Shown here: piece by piece, positions 49,231-62,453 of the stretch
How positions within the stretch are numbered: the first letter of the stretch is position 1
Layout: every line of letters starts with the position of its first letter
DNA from: Blasia pusilla
Lineage: Eukaryota
DNA: 64,000 nt
NCBI GenBank assembly: GCA_050084515.1
Contig: CM114271.1
Coordinates: forward strand, 16,802,001-16,866,000
Direction: 5' to 3'
The notes under the pieces: model-generated
What the model was told of the DNA's origin: nothing
Seen by the model: only the letters and a program-made list of their open reading frames with translations
The model's database searches: none
Position numbers and translations under genes: made by a program

Positions 49231-52200
49231 TGTTATCACCGTCATAATCATCGTCAACGGTCCGCCGTCGACGGTCAACCGTCACCGTCAATGGTCAACA
49301 ATCACCTTCACCGGTCAACCGTCACCATCAGCGGTCAACCATCACCGTCAAAGGTCCACCGTCCGTTGTCCACCCTTTGGTTGCCATTGCCGCCATTATG
49401 GAGTGGAGGGTCTTCCACGACGTTCGTTGATTCTCTGACTTGCGTCGCCACCACGTACTTTGTTTTGGCCGCCACCGTCATCAAAGTTTCGTCGTCATCC
49501 AGTGATGGCAGATGACCTCTAGTTATGGTGTTTGAGTTTTCATTTCATGCTGCTATGTTGTGATTGGTAGCCACTCGACGACGATCGAGTACCGTGCCGT
49601 GACGCCCGTAGCCGCAACGCACCGCCGATTGCCGCGCCGTGCCGCTCGTGGCCGCACCGCACCGTCTCGATTGCGGAGCCGCAACATCATTATGGAGTAG
49701 ATTATGGGTTTATTGTTGATTGAAGAGGGTATGCCGCCGAGTGCCGCATCCACCATCGAGGGCCATGCTGTTTGTAGCCGTTCCGTGCCGCCTGCAACGG
49801 CGCACCGTTCCGCAGGAACGGCACTGTCTATCGAGGAGTTTTGAGCAGCGTCAGTACGGGAGGAGTATGATTTGCTGATTGGAGGAGTTGTCTCCATGAC
49901 CGAGTTGGGGTTGAGATTTGCAGTTGCTGAGGAGCGACATCGACATGTGTTCAAGTTACCCATTCTGGTCCTTTACCCTGCACGTATGAGGGATTCTGGG
50001 ATTTGGGTAGTTTATTTGGGGATATTGGCTGTGTGGATGCTGAGAGCATCATTTATGTATGTGATTTAGGGGACATAGACATGTGTGGGATGTCCGGAGT
50101 TGAGGGTAGGTTGTCGATGAGATGATAACCCGGTCGATTTGCCGCACCATGCCGCCTATTGCCGCACGCTACATGTCTAGGGGAGGGAGAGTGTAGATCG
50201 AGTGCCGCATGTTTGGGATGAGTGATTGAGGGATTACTTGCAAGGCAAGAGTGATCGGGTGAGAAGGGCACAAGGGTCATCACGGCATCCGTTCGGGACT
50301 TTGAGAGGCAAGGTGGTGAACCCGAGAGTAGCTCTAGAGGTTTTACGTGGAGTGCGTGAGGTTCCCAAGGGTCTTCACTTCAGGGACCACCTTGACCTCC
50401 TTCTGTGTCATCCTCAGACGAGGGGGAGGGTGTAGAGGAATTTGCGAGCACATCGCCACACATTGTGAGTGGTCCTACCAATTGGGCGTACGAGATGGAC
50501 GACCGAGGTAGAGGACCGCGTAGATTTTCAGGTGCAGTAGGTACGATTGAGTTGCACGATTTCATAGCAGAGTTTAGGAGGTAGTGCGACTCCCAGCGGG
50601 CCAGGAACTCTAGAGAGTTCAACCCGTTTACAGCATGGAACGGTATGTTCCAGCATTTAGAGGGGGCACCCATGGACGATGAACATGAGTTTTCCCACAT
50701 ATATGCCCAGGAGATTGAGGCATTGCGACTCTACTACGACCCACACTATGTGTCATGGACGGAGCCGTTCCCAGATGAGGAAGAGGAGTCAAGAGAGGCT
50801 ACTTCCTCTTCCACCAGTGATGTTTTAGGAGGGGTCTCTCGCACTGGAGCAGTTGCACCTTCTAGTCGGGTTCGTCCCAGGTTCAACCCCGTGGTTGAGT
50901 TCTTTGCTGAGTTGAGGGCGAGCTACCAAGGGGTACGGACGGAAAAGTTGCGTAGCATCCACAACTTCCAGAGGCGCCCGGGTGAGAGTTTACGTGAGGC
51001 TTACACTCACTTGCGCCGGTTGATCAACGTCACTCAGGGGGTGACAGAGGCTCAGGCTATCCAGTCATGGTACGTGATGCTGGACCAGACCCTACGGCCA
51101 TAGGTGCGGGAAGGGGTGCTTCTTATGAACACCTCCCCTACGTTGAGAAATGTTTTTAGGACCTCCGAGAACATTGAGCGCAACATGGCGGAGGAGAGCG
51201 TAGCCACCATGGGTTCTGGGCGGGAGCAGTCGCGATTGGCTGTACCATATGTGCAGCAATGTGGACTCCGAGATAGGTCGACAATGGCACCATGAGCTCA
51301 GGGAGGATACCGGAAGGCCGTGCCACAAAGACCTACGCCTTCTAATGCGGCTCAGTAGGAGCCATCTACTATTACTTGTTGGTCATGTGGTGGAGCCCAT
51401 CATCAACGCGATTGCACTCGTTAGGGTCATGGACGTGTGCCTCAGCATGGAGGAGGAGATGGTGCTGCACCAGGAGGTTATCAGTGTGACTATTTTCAGA
51501 GGTATGGTCAAACACGCGCCAGGTGTTTCAGTTTACATCCTGAGTTACGTCCGGACCGAGGGCCGGTGAGGGCACCAGAGCGAGTAGTCGGTCCGGATGG
51601 GCCTAGAGATCGTGTACCAGGTGGTCCCGTTGGGGGACGAGGAGCTGGAGTTGCCCGACAGGGTGGTGGAGCTGCTCGTGGAGGAGGTAGGGTACCACCA
51701 CCTAGACGCGTCGAGGGAGACGCCGGACGTGAGGCTGGTATGGCTGCTCAGATTCAGCAGCTATAGGAGCAGATTGCCGCTATGGCATTGAGGTTACCCG
51801 ATGCCGGATCCGTGGCATCGACATCATATGGAGCAGCCAGAGATCTGGAGGATCCTGGTTGGATGTGCAGGGTTGCCCAGATGGAGGCCGTCGCTGTTGT
51901 GATGCATGGAGCAGCCGCAGAGTTGGATCCACATCTAGGGGAAGCCAGAAAATAGACTAGGCTTCCTCAGTATTTCACGTTGTCCGAAGCGATGAGGACC
52001 CCATCGATGGGTCCTCATCAAAGTTCCTGGAGAGGTGGTGATGTTGTTGGTGTGTAGGCACGGAGGGTGATGGGAGAAGCGAGTGCGACAACCCCTATTG
52101 TTGATGCTCAAGAGGGGCATGTGTCGAGCACGTTGTTGGGGGCGGCCACCGTTGTGTGCCGCACTCCTTTATTTTCTGCTTCCGATGTTATTGGGGGGTA

Positions 52201-55200
52201 TGCCCGCTGAGGCTTTTTGGCTGGCCGCTTCACTATGTGAACGCGGAGTTGGAGTTCTTGCATCACGTTCAGAGGTGATTGCAGAGGAGATGATGGACCT
52301 GCCCTTGGAGCGGATGCTCGGGCCGTCCACGTCAGATTCATGGCAGGCTGCGGCTGCTAGAATGGCGGAGATGCCCGCTAGACCCGCGATAGAGCGTGCC
52401 ATGGCTTCTCCTGGTGTTGTGTTGCTGGATAACCGAGGAGAAGTCTTCCAGTTAGTGAGTCATGGAGGTAGAGCTTTTAGTCCGCAGCGTGTCTTGTTGG
52501 ATTCAGGAGCGCAACCCCTGATGTTGGGGAAAGCATCATTCAGAGGATTGGGCTTGACGAGAGCCAATGTGGAGCGTTTTCCATTCCGGATACAGACATC
52601 CTTGGGTGGAGCAAGTACCACACAGTATCTCACCCGACAAGAGGTCATGGTGAGGATTCGCCCGGAACATCCTACTGATGAGTTTGTGGTGCGCGCAAGG
52701 CAATAGTGACTGATGCAGAGTCCTACGACGTCTTGGTTGGTGGAGCAGTGTTATACCCGATGGGGTTTTCCTCGGATTACTGGGAGGAGTCAGCGTCCTA
52801 CAGACCAAGATGGCAGTCAGGTGATGGGCGCCTTAGCTCATTACCAGTTCGTGAACTTGCAATGATCGAGCAACGGCCAAGAGAGATGGCGACCTTAGCA
52901 ACATTTAGCAGTGCCATCACTTGGCCTAGTGATTTGATTGAGGGACATGTCCATGCAGAGGATACTCCCGTTCCTGACATTTCTATGGAGAGGAGTGTTA
53001 TGGTAGGTGCATCATTTCGTGGAGGAGAGGTGCCGATGTGGGGCTCGACTGAGGAGCTTCGACGATTGGCAGATGAGCACGTGCAGACCGCGTGGAGCGA
53101 GGCGTGACGGGTCTGAGGAATCCGAGGTAGTAGGGAGTGCTACGATGATACCATTGGATACCACACCCATTGTGTGGTGTATCCCGAAGGAGGGTATTCG
53201 AGTGTTAGATCTCTTTGGAGGGATTAGCACGGGGTTAGCTGCTGTTTTGCAGGCATGAGTGCGAGTACAGCAGTACCTGTATGTGGAGAGTGATGATGTT
53301 GCGAGGCGCGTCTCACTACGACATGTGGCGCAGTTATGCCAACGTTTTCCCGACTTATTGTCTGCGTCTGTAGTACAGGGGTATCACAGTTCCCTACCGA
53401 GGGATAGGGAACTCTATTTTGTTGTTGGGGGCGCAAGACTTAGAGCGGGTAGGGATCATTGATTTGGTCATTTCCAGTTGGCCATGTTAGGGCCAATCGA
53501 GTGCTGGATGAGGCAGCGGGTTAGTTGACACTCGGTCCAGGTTGTTTTGGGAGATGTTGAGGGTCTTACGGCAGTTGTAGGAGCACCGGTCTCATTCTCT
53601 AGCCTACATTCTTGGGAATGTGCCGATCTTAGGAGACTCCTAGTCACGGGTGGTGACGAGTGCTGATCAGGTGCATGCCTGGATTGGCCCAACACTATTC
53701 TTGGATGCGGCAAGTGTAGGTTCTAGAGCCCATCGCCCGCGTCTATGGTGGACCAACTTGGTGCCCCATACGGTGTTACGGAGGGCGTATGCGAGAGTGG
53801 AGCGCCCCTCCCATTTGTTAGTGGATTCCATTCTGGATCCTGGTCATCGATCACAGGCAGTGAGGCACGATGATAAAACCACCATTGACTGTGGTCAACA
53901 GGGTAGGCAGGCCGCGGGCAGCCTTGCCCACGTTTGTGAGTTTTCCCGCTTCCTATGCATACAAGGAGGCCGGTCCTGGCTTGGTTTGGGATGACCAGGT
54001 TCAGCGGTTGGTGGAGCCCAACGCCGACGAGAGAGAGCAAGCGATGGGATTTCCCACAAGAGTGACGGCAGTCCCGTCAGTGTTAGAGGCATCACGACGC
54101 CATGTCTTGGGTCAGGCGATGGACCTGAACTGCTTGACATGGATCCTCAACTTGGGCGTGGCTGATCAACGTCATATGAGATTGTGACAGATCACAACGG
54201 TTGCGTTGGTGAGCCCAATGCCTACCGCGACGGTGGAGGCAATGGTTGGGGACGAGACCTGAAGAGATCTACGCACCAGGGCAGATCGGGAGAGACACCC
54301 TTGGACTTCTTGGGATGTTTTGTAGGTACGCCAGGAGATGATAGCCACAGCATCGAGCTTGGTTTTGGGCACTGCACGTGGAGGAGATCAGAGTTTGTAG
54401 TTGGCTGGAGGAGAGCGGCCGAGTGATGTTGTTCGAGACGAGGTTGCAACATAGCAACTACCGATACTCGTGTCGAAGAGTCCTACCGTAGTTATGATGG
54501 ATTCTTGGGAGCCAGATATGGGCCCTAAGTTGACAAGAGGAGAGCGGCGCCAAATACATTAGTTCCTCAAGAGTTATAGGAGCTGCTTTGCATTTCGCAT
54601 GGAGGATTTGGGTACGCTGAAGGGATCAAGGATCCGCATTGAGTTGTCGAGTGATACGCCGATCTTCCGACGACCCTACACGTACAGTGATATGGAGAAG
54701 GCTCTGATTCAGAGTAGGAGCGAGGACTAGTGGAGATGTTGCATGGGGAGTATGCATCTACCACTGTCATGCCCGCCAAGAAGGATGTGCGTGGCAACAA
54801 GACGGATAGGCGGATGTGTGGGGATTATCGACCTATCAATCGGCAGACGAAGTCCGATAGGTATGCCATGCCCACTCCTGAGGAGATCTTTGATGCGATT
54901 GGTCACGCAAAGGTCTTTAGTTCATTAGATTTGCGAGCTAGATACCATCAGCTGCCTATCAGATTGGAGGACAGGCAGAAGACGGCATTTTGGGGCATCG
55001 ATCCTCGCGGGAAGGATTGTTTGTACCTGTGGCGGTTCTTACCATTTGGGTTAAAGAACGTCCCGGTTGAGTTTCAGAGGGTCATGGATAGGATCTTGGC
55101 TGGTCTGGATTTTGCTAGGTGTTATATTGATGACATCGTAGTCTTTAGCGCCACGATTGAGGAGCATGAGTGACATCTAGAGGAGGTGTTTCGACGATTG

Positions 55201-56020
55201 CAATTACATGGGCTGAAGCTACATCCAGGCAAGTGCAAGTTCTTCTACGACCAGATTGAGAACTTGGGTCATACGATATACCCAGAGGGCCTGGATGTTC
55301 AGCAGACGAAGGTAGAGGCTATGTCACGCATTCCACGCCCTACAGATGTGAGCCGTGTTCGCGCATTCATGCGATTGGCGAACTTCTATCGGCGATACGT
55401 CAAGGGATTCAGTTCGATTGCAAAGCGGCTGACCTTGCTGACCAAGGTGGATCAGGAGTGGCACTAGGGGGATGAGCACGAGCCAGCATTTCAGTTGCTC
55501 AAGGACAGTTTGACGTCCGCGCCCATCTTGAGGAGATCGATGAGGGGGCGTCCTTTCCAGTTGCACACAGATTGGAGCATGTTGGGGCTTGGAGCGGTGC
55601 TCACCCAGCATGATGATGAGGGTACAGAGTTCGTGGTGGCTTACGCTAGCCACTCAAACAACGCTGCAGAGGCGAAGTACAGCTCGTATGAGGATGAGTG
55701 CTTGGCTACGGTGTGGGCTGTCGCGCATTTTAGGTGTTACTTATTTGGAAACCCCTTTACCATCATCACTGATCATCAACCACTCAAGTGGTTGATGGAG
55801 TCCGACAAGCTTACAGGGAAGCTTGCGAGATGGGCTCTGTTGTTGCAGGAGTATGATTTTCAGGTGGTACATAGACCTGGGACGCTCAACCAGGATGCAG
55901 ATGGGTTGAGTCATAACCCATGCCCGAGTCAGCGAGATACGACTGGAGCTCGATGGCATGGAGAGAGGGATGAGGAGTTGGTGCCAAGATGACACGCGTC
56001 AGCCTATTTAGGCATGTTGG
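49231..56020 (+). mobile_element. Internal part of a Gypsy-DNMT copy: 5' UTR, gag, PR, DNMT (~53170-54180), RT, RNase H; both ends missing
   Basis: Colinear with ~7920-14465; IRVLDLFGGISTG, WPC*G, RAHRPRLWWTNL, EREQAMGFP, ARCYIDDIVVF, LHTDWS, TDHQPLKWL. Confidence 0.92.
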
Positions 56021-56389
56021 TCCACACATTAGGATCTTGACAGATTACTCCAGGTAGATCCGACTCCCGACCATAAAACAAGAGCGTGAGAAAGACGCTA
56101 AGAATTCTTGGCTCCTGAATCTGTATCCCATTGCCAACCACGGTAACTCAATGTCCCAATCTCCTAAGTGACCTCTCTGCAAGCCATACTTGTGTAAACC
56201 TTTCTTCACCGTTTGCACAAGCCTCTCCGCTAGTCCGTTCGCCTTATGATGATCTTGTGAAGAGGTGCGACGGTCGAATAGTGCATGATCACACAAGGCC
56301 TCAAACTCCCCATAAAACTCAATACTCTAGTCTGTCAACACCTCAACTGGTATGCCATAATTACTCCGCAGTCGATCTAGGAAGACATA

Positions 56390-56954
56390 TCTCATGCCTA
56401 TTAGGATAGATTGACGAGATCTAGAAGAGTACCTTCAGAGATATTAGAGGATAGCCTCAAGAGGTTGAGGATGTCCTGCTGAGGGCACGGGAAATTTGAG
56501 AGAGCAGTTTTCCCCTTTTTTTTGGCTCATTTGGAGTCATATTGAGGAATTTACTATTTCGAGTAAGTTGCCATTTTTTACTTTCCACTTTTGGAAGTGA
56601 CCCTTGATCCGCTATAGGAGGTCAAGAGCCAAAGAGGTGACCTACGAGCATAGGTTACTGTAGAGAGAGATTTGGAGAGGGAAGGGGCTATACCTCTAAA
56701 AGAGAGCTTGAGAGCTAATTCTTTGTTGAACCTCTTGGCATGAGGCGACGGAGCTATGGTCCTCCTTGACTTGTATGTGTAACCCAAGCCTCTCATGAGG
56801 AGACTGGGTTTGGTTTAGGGTTGAGAGAGAGAGATATTTTTGTACTTCTCATCTCATTGTGTGGATTCCATGAGCTAGCATGGGATTGTATGTGTTTGTG
56901 TGTATGGTAGATGACAACGATGAATGTTGTGCAGCGATGTGTATGCGCACGACA
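56390..56954 (+). mobile_element. Isolated A-B unit (solo-LTR equivalent) of the Gypsy-DNMT family
   Basis: T(C)TCATGCCTATTAGGATAG...GTGTATGCGCACGACA; matches 16306-16946 with a deletion at the A/B boundary; no TSD found. Confidence 0.82.
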
Positions 56955-59515
56955 TAATCCATATCAAAAAATTAAGGTTCAAGCTGTCCAAAGCTTGACC
57001 AAAGACATGACGTCATGATGCCTATGATAGTTTCGGTATTTTTGTCACTCCTAAGGGAAATCCCATCACTCGCTCTCATTCATCGGCGTTCATAGTTTGA
57101 GACATAGCTCCACCAACGACTATGTATGGTCATCCCAAACCAAGCCAAGACCAACCTTCTTGTATGTATAGGAAGCAGGAAACTCACAAAAGTGGGAAAG
57201 GTTGACCGTGGCATGCTAATCCTGTTGACAACAATCAATGGAGGTCAATCATCATACCTCACTGCCTGTGATCGACGACCCACATCCATAATAGAATCCA
57301 CCAAGAAATGGGAGGGGCGATCCACTCTCGCATATGCCTTCTACTAAACCTCGTTTGGCACCAAGTTGGTCTACCATAGACCTAGGCAATGTGCTCATAA
57401 ACCTACACTCACCACATCCATAAACACTGTTGGGCCAATCCATGCACACAATTGATGAGCACTTATCACTACCCGTGACCTCGAATTGCCAAAAATCAGA
57501 ATGTTCTTCAGGATGTAAGCTAAAGAACAGGATTGTTGCTTGTGCAGATATTGCAAGATCCTCATCATCTCCCAAAACAACCTCGAACGAGTGTGAGCCA
57601 ACCTACTACCTCGTCCAACACTTGACAGGCCCTGATATGGCTAACCAAAAATGACCAAATCAATGGTCCCTACTCTTTCCAAGTCTTGTGTCCCCAATAA
57701 TGAAATGTCTGTCGGTAGAGAACTTTAATACCCCTATATGGCAGACGTAGATAAGAATTCCGGAAAACTTAGGCATAACTCTGCCACATATCCTAGTGAA
57801 ATGCACCTTAAAATCTCATCAATCTTAGGATACAAATATTTCTGCACGTGTACTCCTCCCTGCAAAATAACAACCAACCCAGTGCTGATCCCTCTAAAGA
57901 GATCCAACGCTTGAATACTCTCCTCAATGAGGCACCACACAATGGGTATGGTGTCCAAGGATGTCACTGTAAAACTCCTAGCTATCTCGGGTTCCTTTGA
58001 GCCATCACGCTCTACGCCATCTGCACGTGCTCATGGACCAAGTGTCGAAACTCCCCACTCACGCCCCATACGGCATCTCTCCTCCACAGAATAATGCGAC
58101 TAACATGAAACTCCTCTCCGTGGAAGTGTCAAGCATGGGCGTGTCCTTTGCATGGACATACCCTTCAATCAAATCATCAAGCCAAGTGATGGCGCTACTA
58201 AATGTTGCTAACATCGTCATATCTCCTAGCCATCGCTCAATCATTCCACGTGTGAATCCAACAGATAATGAACCAAGTCGCACATCCCCTGGTTGCCATT
58301 CTGGTCTCTAGGAGGCTAACTCCTGCCAGTAATCCAAGGAAAATCCCATCGGGTACAAGATTGCTCCTCCATCGAAGACATCATAGGACTTGGCATCGGT
58401 CACTATTTCCTTGGCTTGCACCATAGACTCATCAGACGAATGGCATGGGCGAATCCTCACCACGACCTCATGGCAGGTAAGAAACTGCATCGTACTCGCT
58501 CCATCCAAGGATATCTATATCATGAATGGAAAACCCTCCACATCGGCCCTTGTCATGCTCAATCTTGTAAATGCTGAATCTAACAAGACACACTGCGGAC
58601 AAAACACTCTACCTCTTGGAATTACCAAATGGAATACCTCTTTTGGGTTATCTAGCGAAACAACTCCTTGGGAAACCATGGCATGCTCTATCACAAGTCT
58701 TGCAAGAATCTCCGCCATCCTAGGAGTGCCAACCTACCATGAATCTGAGGTGGACGGCCCAAGCATAGGCTCTAGGGGCATCTCTATCACCTCCTCTACA
58801 ATCACCTCTGAACGTTACATAGAGATATCAACTCCACGCTCATAGAGCGTAGCAGCTAGACAAAAAACCTTGGTGAGCGTGTCTGCCTACATCATAACAT
58901 CAAAAGAAAAACCATGGGGTGCGGTACATCGTAATGGCCTCCCGTAACAATGTACTCGACATATGCTCCACTTGAGAATTTGCAATAGGGGTCATTATAC
59001 TCACTTCTCCCCTTGCCCTCTTTGCATGCATACCAAGAACATCGACTCTTTGGGAACTCTGATCAGGATCCATCGATGGGGTCCTCATCACCTTGAACAA
59101 TGTGGACAATTGAAGAAGCCTCATTTTTTTCCTGGATTCTCCTCATTGTGGATCCAACTTTGCAGCGGATCCAACTCTACAATCGCTCCTTGCGTAACTA
59201 CGGCAGCTGCCTCCATTTTTGCAACCCCGCACATCCAACCAAGATCCTCCATGTCTCTGGCTGCTCCATATGACGTCGATGCCACTCATCCAGCATCGGG
59301 TAACTTCAATGCCAAAGCGGCAATCAAACATCTCTCAACGTAGGTGAGGTGCGCATAAGAAGTATCGCATTCCTCACCTGTTTCCGTAGGTCTTGTTCCA
59401 ACATCACGTACCATGCTTGGATAGCTTGGGCCTCTATCATCCCCGAAGTGACACTTATCAACCAATGCAAGCAAGTGAATTCCTCACACAAACTCTCACT
59501 CATGCACCTATGGAA

Positions 59516-59757
59516 CAAGGTTGCACGAGAACGGACATGCCCAACCCGCACACAAGCCCACCCTAAGCCCGTCGCGTAGACCGGGGCTCATGGAGCTCAC
59601 ACCTGTTGCGTGGCTCGCGGCAAGCCCTCAACTAGGCCGACCCTAGTTCGGGCTCTGGGTCAGCTCGGATGCGGGCCGCGGGTACCCGCGCCCGCACGGA
59701 TATATCCATCCATAGGAAGGACATAAGTCCGTGGGACTTTTTCTGTGTGCAACCCTT
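59516..59757. mobile_element. hAT-type MITE with 8-bp TSD, inserted in gag
   Basis: CAAGGTTGCAC...GTGCAACCCTT; CTATGGAA at 59508-59515 and 59758-59765. Confidence 0.9.
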
Positions 59758-61820
59758 CTATGGAAGTCGTTGATGCTCCGCAACTTCTCAGTCCGTACCC
59801 CTTGGTAGTTCCTTTGCAACTCCACAAAGAACTCAATCACGGGGTTGAACCTGTGACGAACCCAACAGGACGATGTAGTTGCTTCATTATGATTCACCCC
59901 TCCTAGCACATCACTAGTACCAAAAGAAGTAGCCTCTCTTAGGTTGTCCTCGTCATCTGGAGATGGCTCAATCTATTACACATAATGTGGGTCATAGTTG
60001 AGTCTCCAAGTTATAATCTCATGGGTATACCTCTAGGAAAACTCATCATAATCATCCATGGGTGCCCCCTCTAAGTGTTGGAACATGTCATTCCATGTTG
60101 TAAATGGGTCAAACTCTCTAGAGTTCATAGCCTGTTGTGAATCACACTAACTCCTAAACTCCGTAATGAAGTCATGCAACTCTATCGTGTCTACCACTCT
60201 CGGAAACCTAAGAGATCCTCTACCCTGGTCGTCCATCTCGTAGGTACGCCCAAGCGGTAGGGTTACTTAATGGGTGTGGTGAATCACTAAAAAACTCCTC
60301 GACGTCCTCCCCCTCGTCTGAGGAAAATATAGAAGGAGGTCGAGATGGTCCTTCACATAGAGACCCTCGAAACCTTGGGCCACTTCGCGTAAATCCTCTA
60401 GAGCTACTCTAAGATCCACCACCTTTCCTCCCAAAGTCCTGGAAAGACGTTGTAATGACCCTCGAGTACCTCTCATGCGATCACTCTCAATCTCATCAGT
60501 AATCCCTCAATCACTCAACCCAAAAGTACGGAACTTAATCTATACTCCCTCTCACTTGACGTGTATTGTGCGGCAACAGGCGGCGTGGTACAACAAATCA
60601 CTATTATCATATCATCTCATCGACAGAACATAACCTCAACTCTAGACATCCCACACAAGTCTATGTCCCCAAAACCCATACATCAATGATGCTTTCAGCA
60701 TTTGCACAAGATCCAATATCCCAGATAACTGCCCAATACCTAGAGTTTGCTCACACGTGTAGGGAAAAATATCAGAATGGATAACTTGAACAAATTGCAA
60801 ATTGTAATAATTGTGTTCAATAATTGCAAATTTTGACCCCAAGTTGGTTATGAAGAAACACTCCTCCAATTAGCAAGTTGTACTTCCCTGATACTGATGA
60901 TGCTTAAATCTCCTCCATGTGCGGTGTGGATCCAACGGTATTGGCGGCACGGAACGGCTACAAATGACACGGCACTTGGTGATGAGATGCGACACACCTT
61001 GGCATACCCTCCTCTATTAATTAGTAATAGGTTTGGTTTGACATAAGAGAGAATGCACACCATGGAGAGCTTGGTTTTGTGCTCAATTATGCTAATGCCT
61101 TTTTTGGACCTGCTCGTCTCTACCGCGTTCCATCAACGACGGATACTCTAGCCGCGTCGGGAGCCGCCGACTGCCCTCGGATGTGTTCCCTCCTTACTAC
61201 TATTTGCGGCTGCTCATGCGACTTCCGGCCGTGAGTACCGCCTGGCCTGTCTAGGCAATATTTTTTTGGATCCGGCCCCGTGCCTCTTGGCCCACCTTGA
61301 GCTGCTGCCAGCCGCTATTCCCCATTGGCGAGATCACGGCTGCGCCGCTCTGGGCCTTGCACTACTATTTTTTTGGGGGAAGTCAACCGTCCTTGCCGCT
61401 ACCGTAAATAAGGCCGCGACCAACGGCTCCAACCGGTTGTGTCTTCCTACGCTGCTATTGTTGGCGCACCAATCCTACTAACTTTGCCCGCCTGTGACTT
61501 CGAGCCCTTGCGGTGCTTGGAAGCTACCACGTAGCTACGCAACACCATTCGCGATTGCTAGTCGAGTTATAACCAATAGGCGTCGTGACTACGTAGCCAA
61601 TAGCTACTATGCACGTCCAGCCGGGCTGCATTGCATAGCCGTCGACCTTCCATCCGACTCTGTCCGGCTCTGTACGACGGCGCCAATGACCGTCTTCTGC
61701 TATTTGCTACCCCGTTTGAAATTGGACGGTGAGACTTGGGGGCCATTGATTTTTATTTTGAGCCGCCGTCACACTGTTCTTGCCGTACTCATCCTGGAAA
61801 TTTTCTTCATCGACCAGTTA

Positions 61821-62453
61821 TGTCGCGACCCTCATAACCAAACAACACCAAATAGGCGCCAAGCGGAACATCAGAACTGAAGTGGACTCATGCTGCGATG
61901 TTTGCGCTTTGGAGAGGCATTTGGAAAGGTCTCTTGGAAAGGTCTAAAAGACAAAATGCAGAATGGAGTTGTGCGTTTTATGCATTAGTGTTCACGACCA
62001 GGAAACCTAGACCAAACGCGAGCCAAGACTTGAGAAGAGTTGAGTCTTGGAAGGTTGGTTGCCAAAGAGGTCAGAACCAATTTTGGAACACAACTAGCGT
62101 TTGGGGAATTTGGCTGTGTTTTAGACCATAACATTTAGCCCCAAGATTGGTTCAAGACAAACAAGAGCTCGTTGGAAAGCTTATCTTGAGACGTTTCCAA
62201 CGCACTAAAGATCTTAGCAAACACATAAGTACAGACTAAGATATTGGCTGAAAACAACTGTGAGAGCAATCGGGTTGAGGGCCAATTGGAGAGGCCTGGG
62301 TATCTTTCCATAAATCTAGGGAACCCCGGAGATCCCCATAAGTACTAGTAAGGAAGGAGTCTCACCAAGATATCTTGGAACATGAATCCCCACTTTGAGC
62401 ACCAAATGGCGTCTCAGAGGCACGGGATGAAACGGGAGTTTGGCGTTGGAACT
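61821..62453. mobile_element. Partial LTR of the second family, inverted relative to 17676-18706
   Basis: TGTCGCGACCCTCATAACCAAAC... is the reverse complement of ~18075-18706; cut off by the Gypsy-DNMT B2 end. Confidence 0.85.

Larger units (their letters stand above)
56021..61020 (-). mobile_element. Older, more diverged Gypsy-DNMT sequence: integrase fragment (56021-56389) and DNMT-PR-gag-5' UTR (56955-61020)
   Basis: ALDLFRGISTGLVVILQGG, YILKNI, CVLLDSA, FNPVIEFFVELQRNYQGVRTEKLRSI, GLAERLVQTVKKGL. RT/RH are absent between the two parts. Confidence 0.85.
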
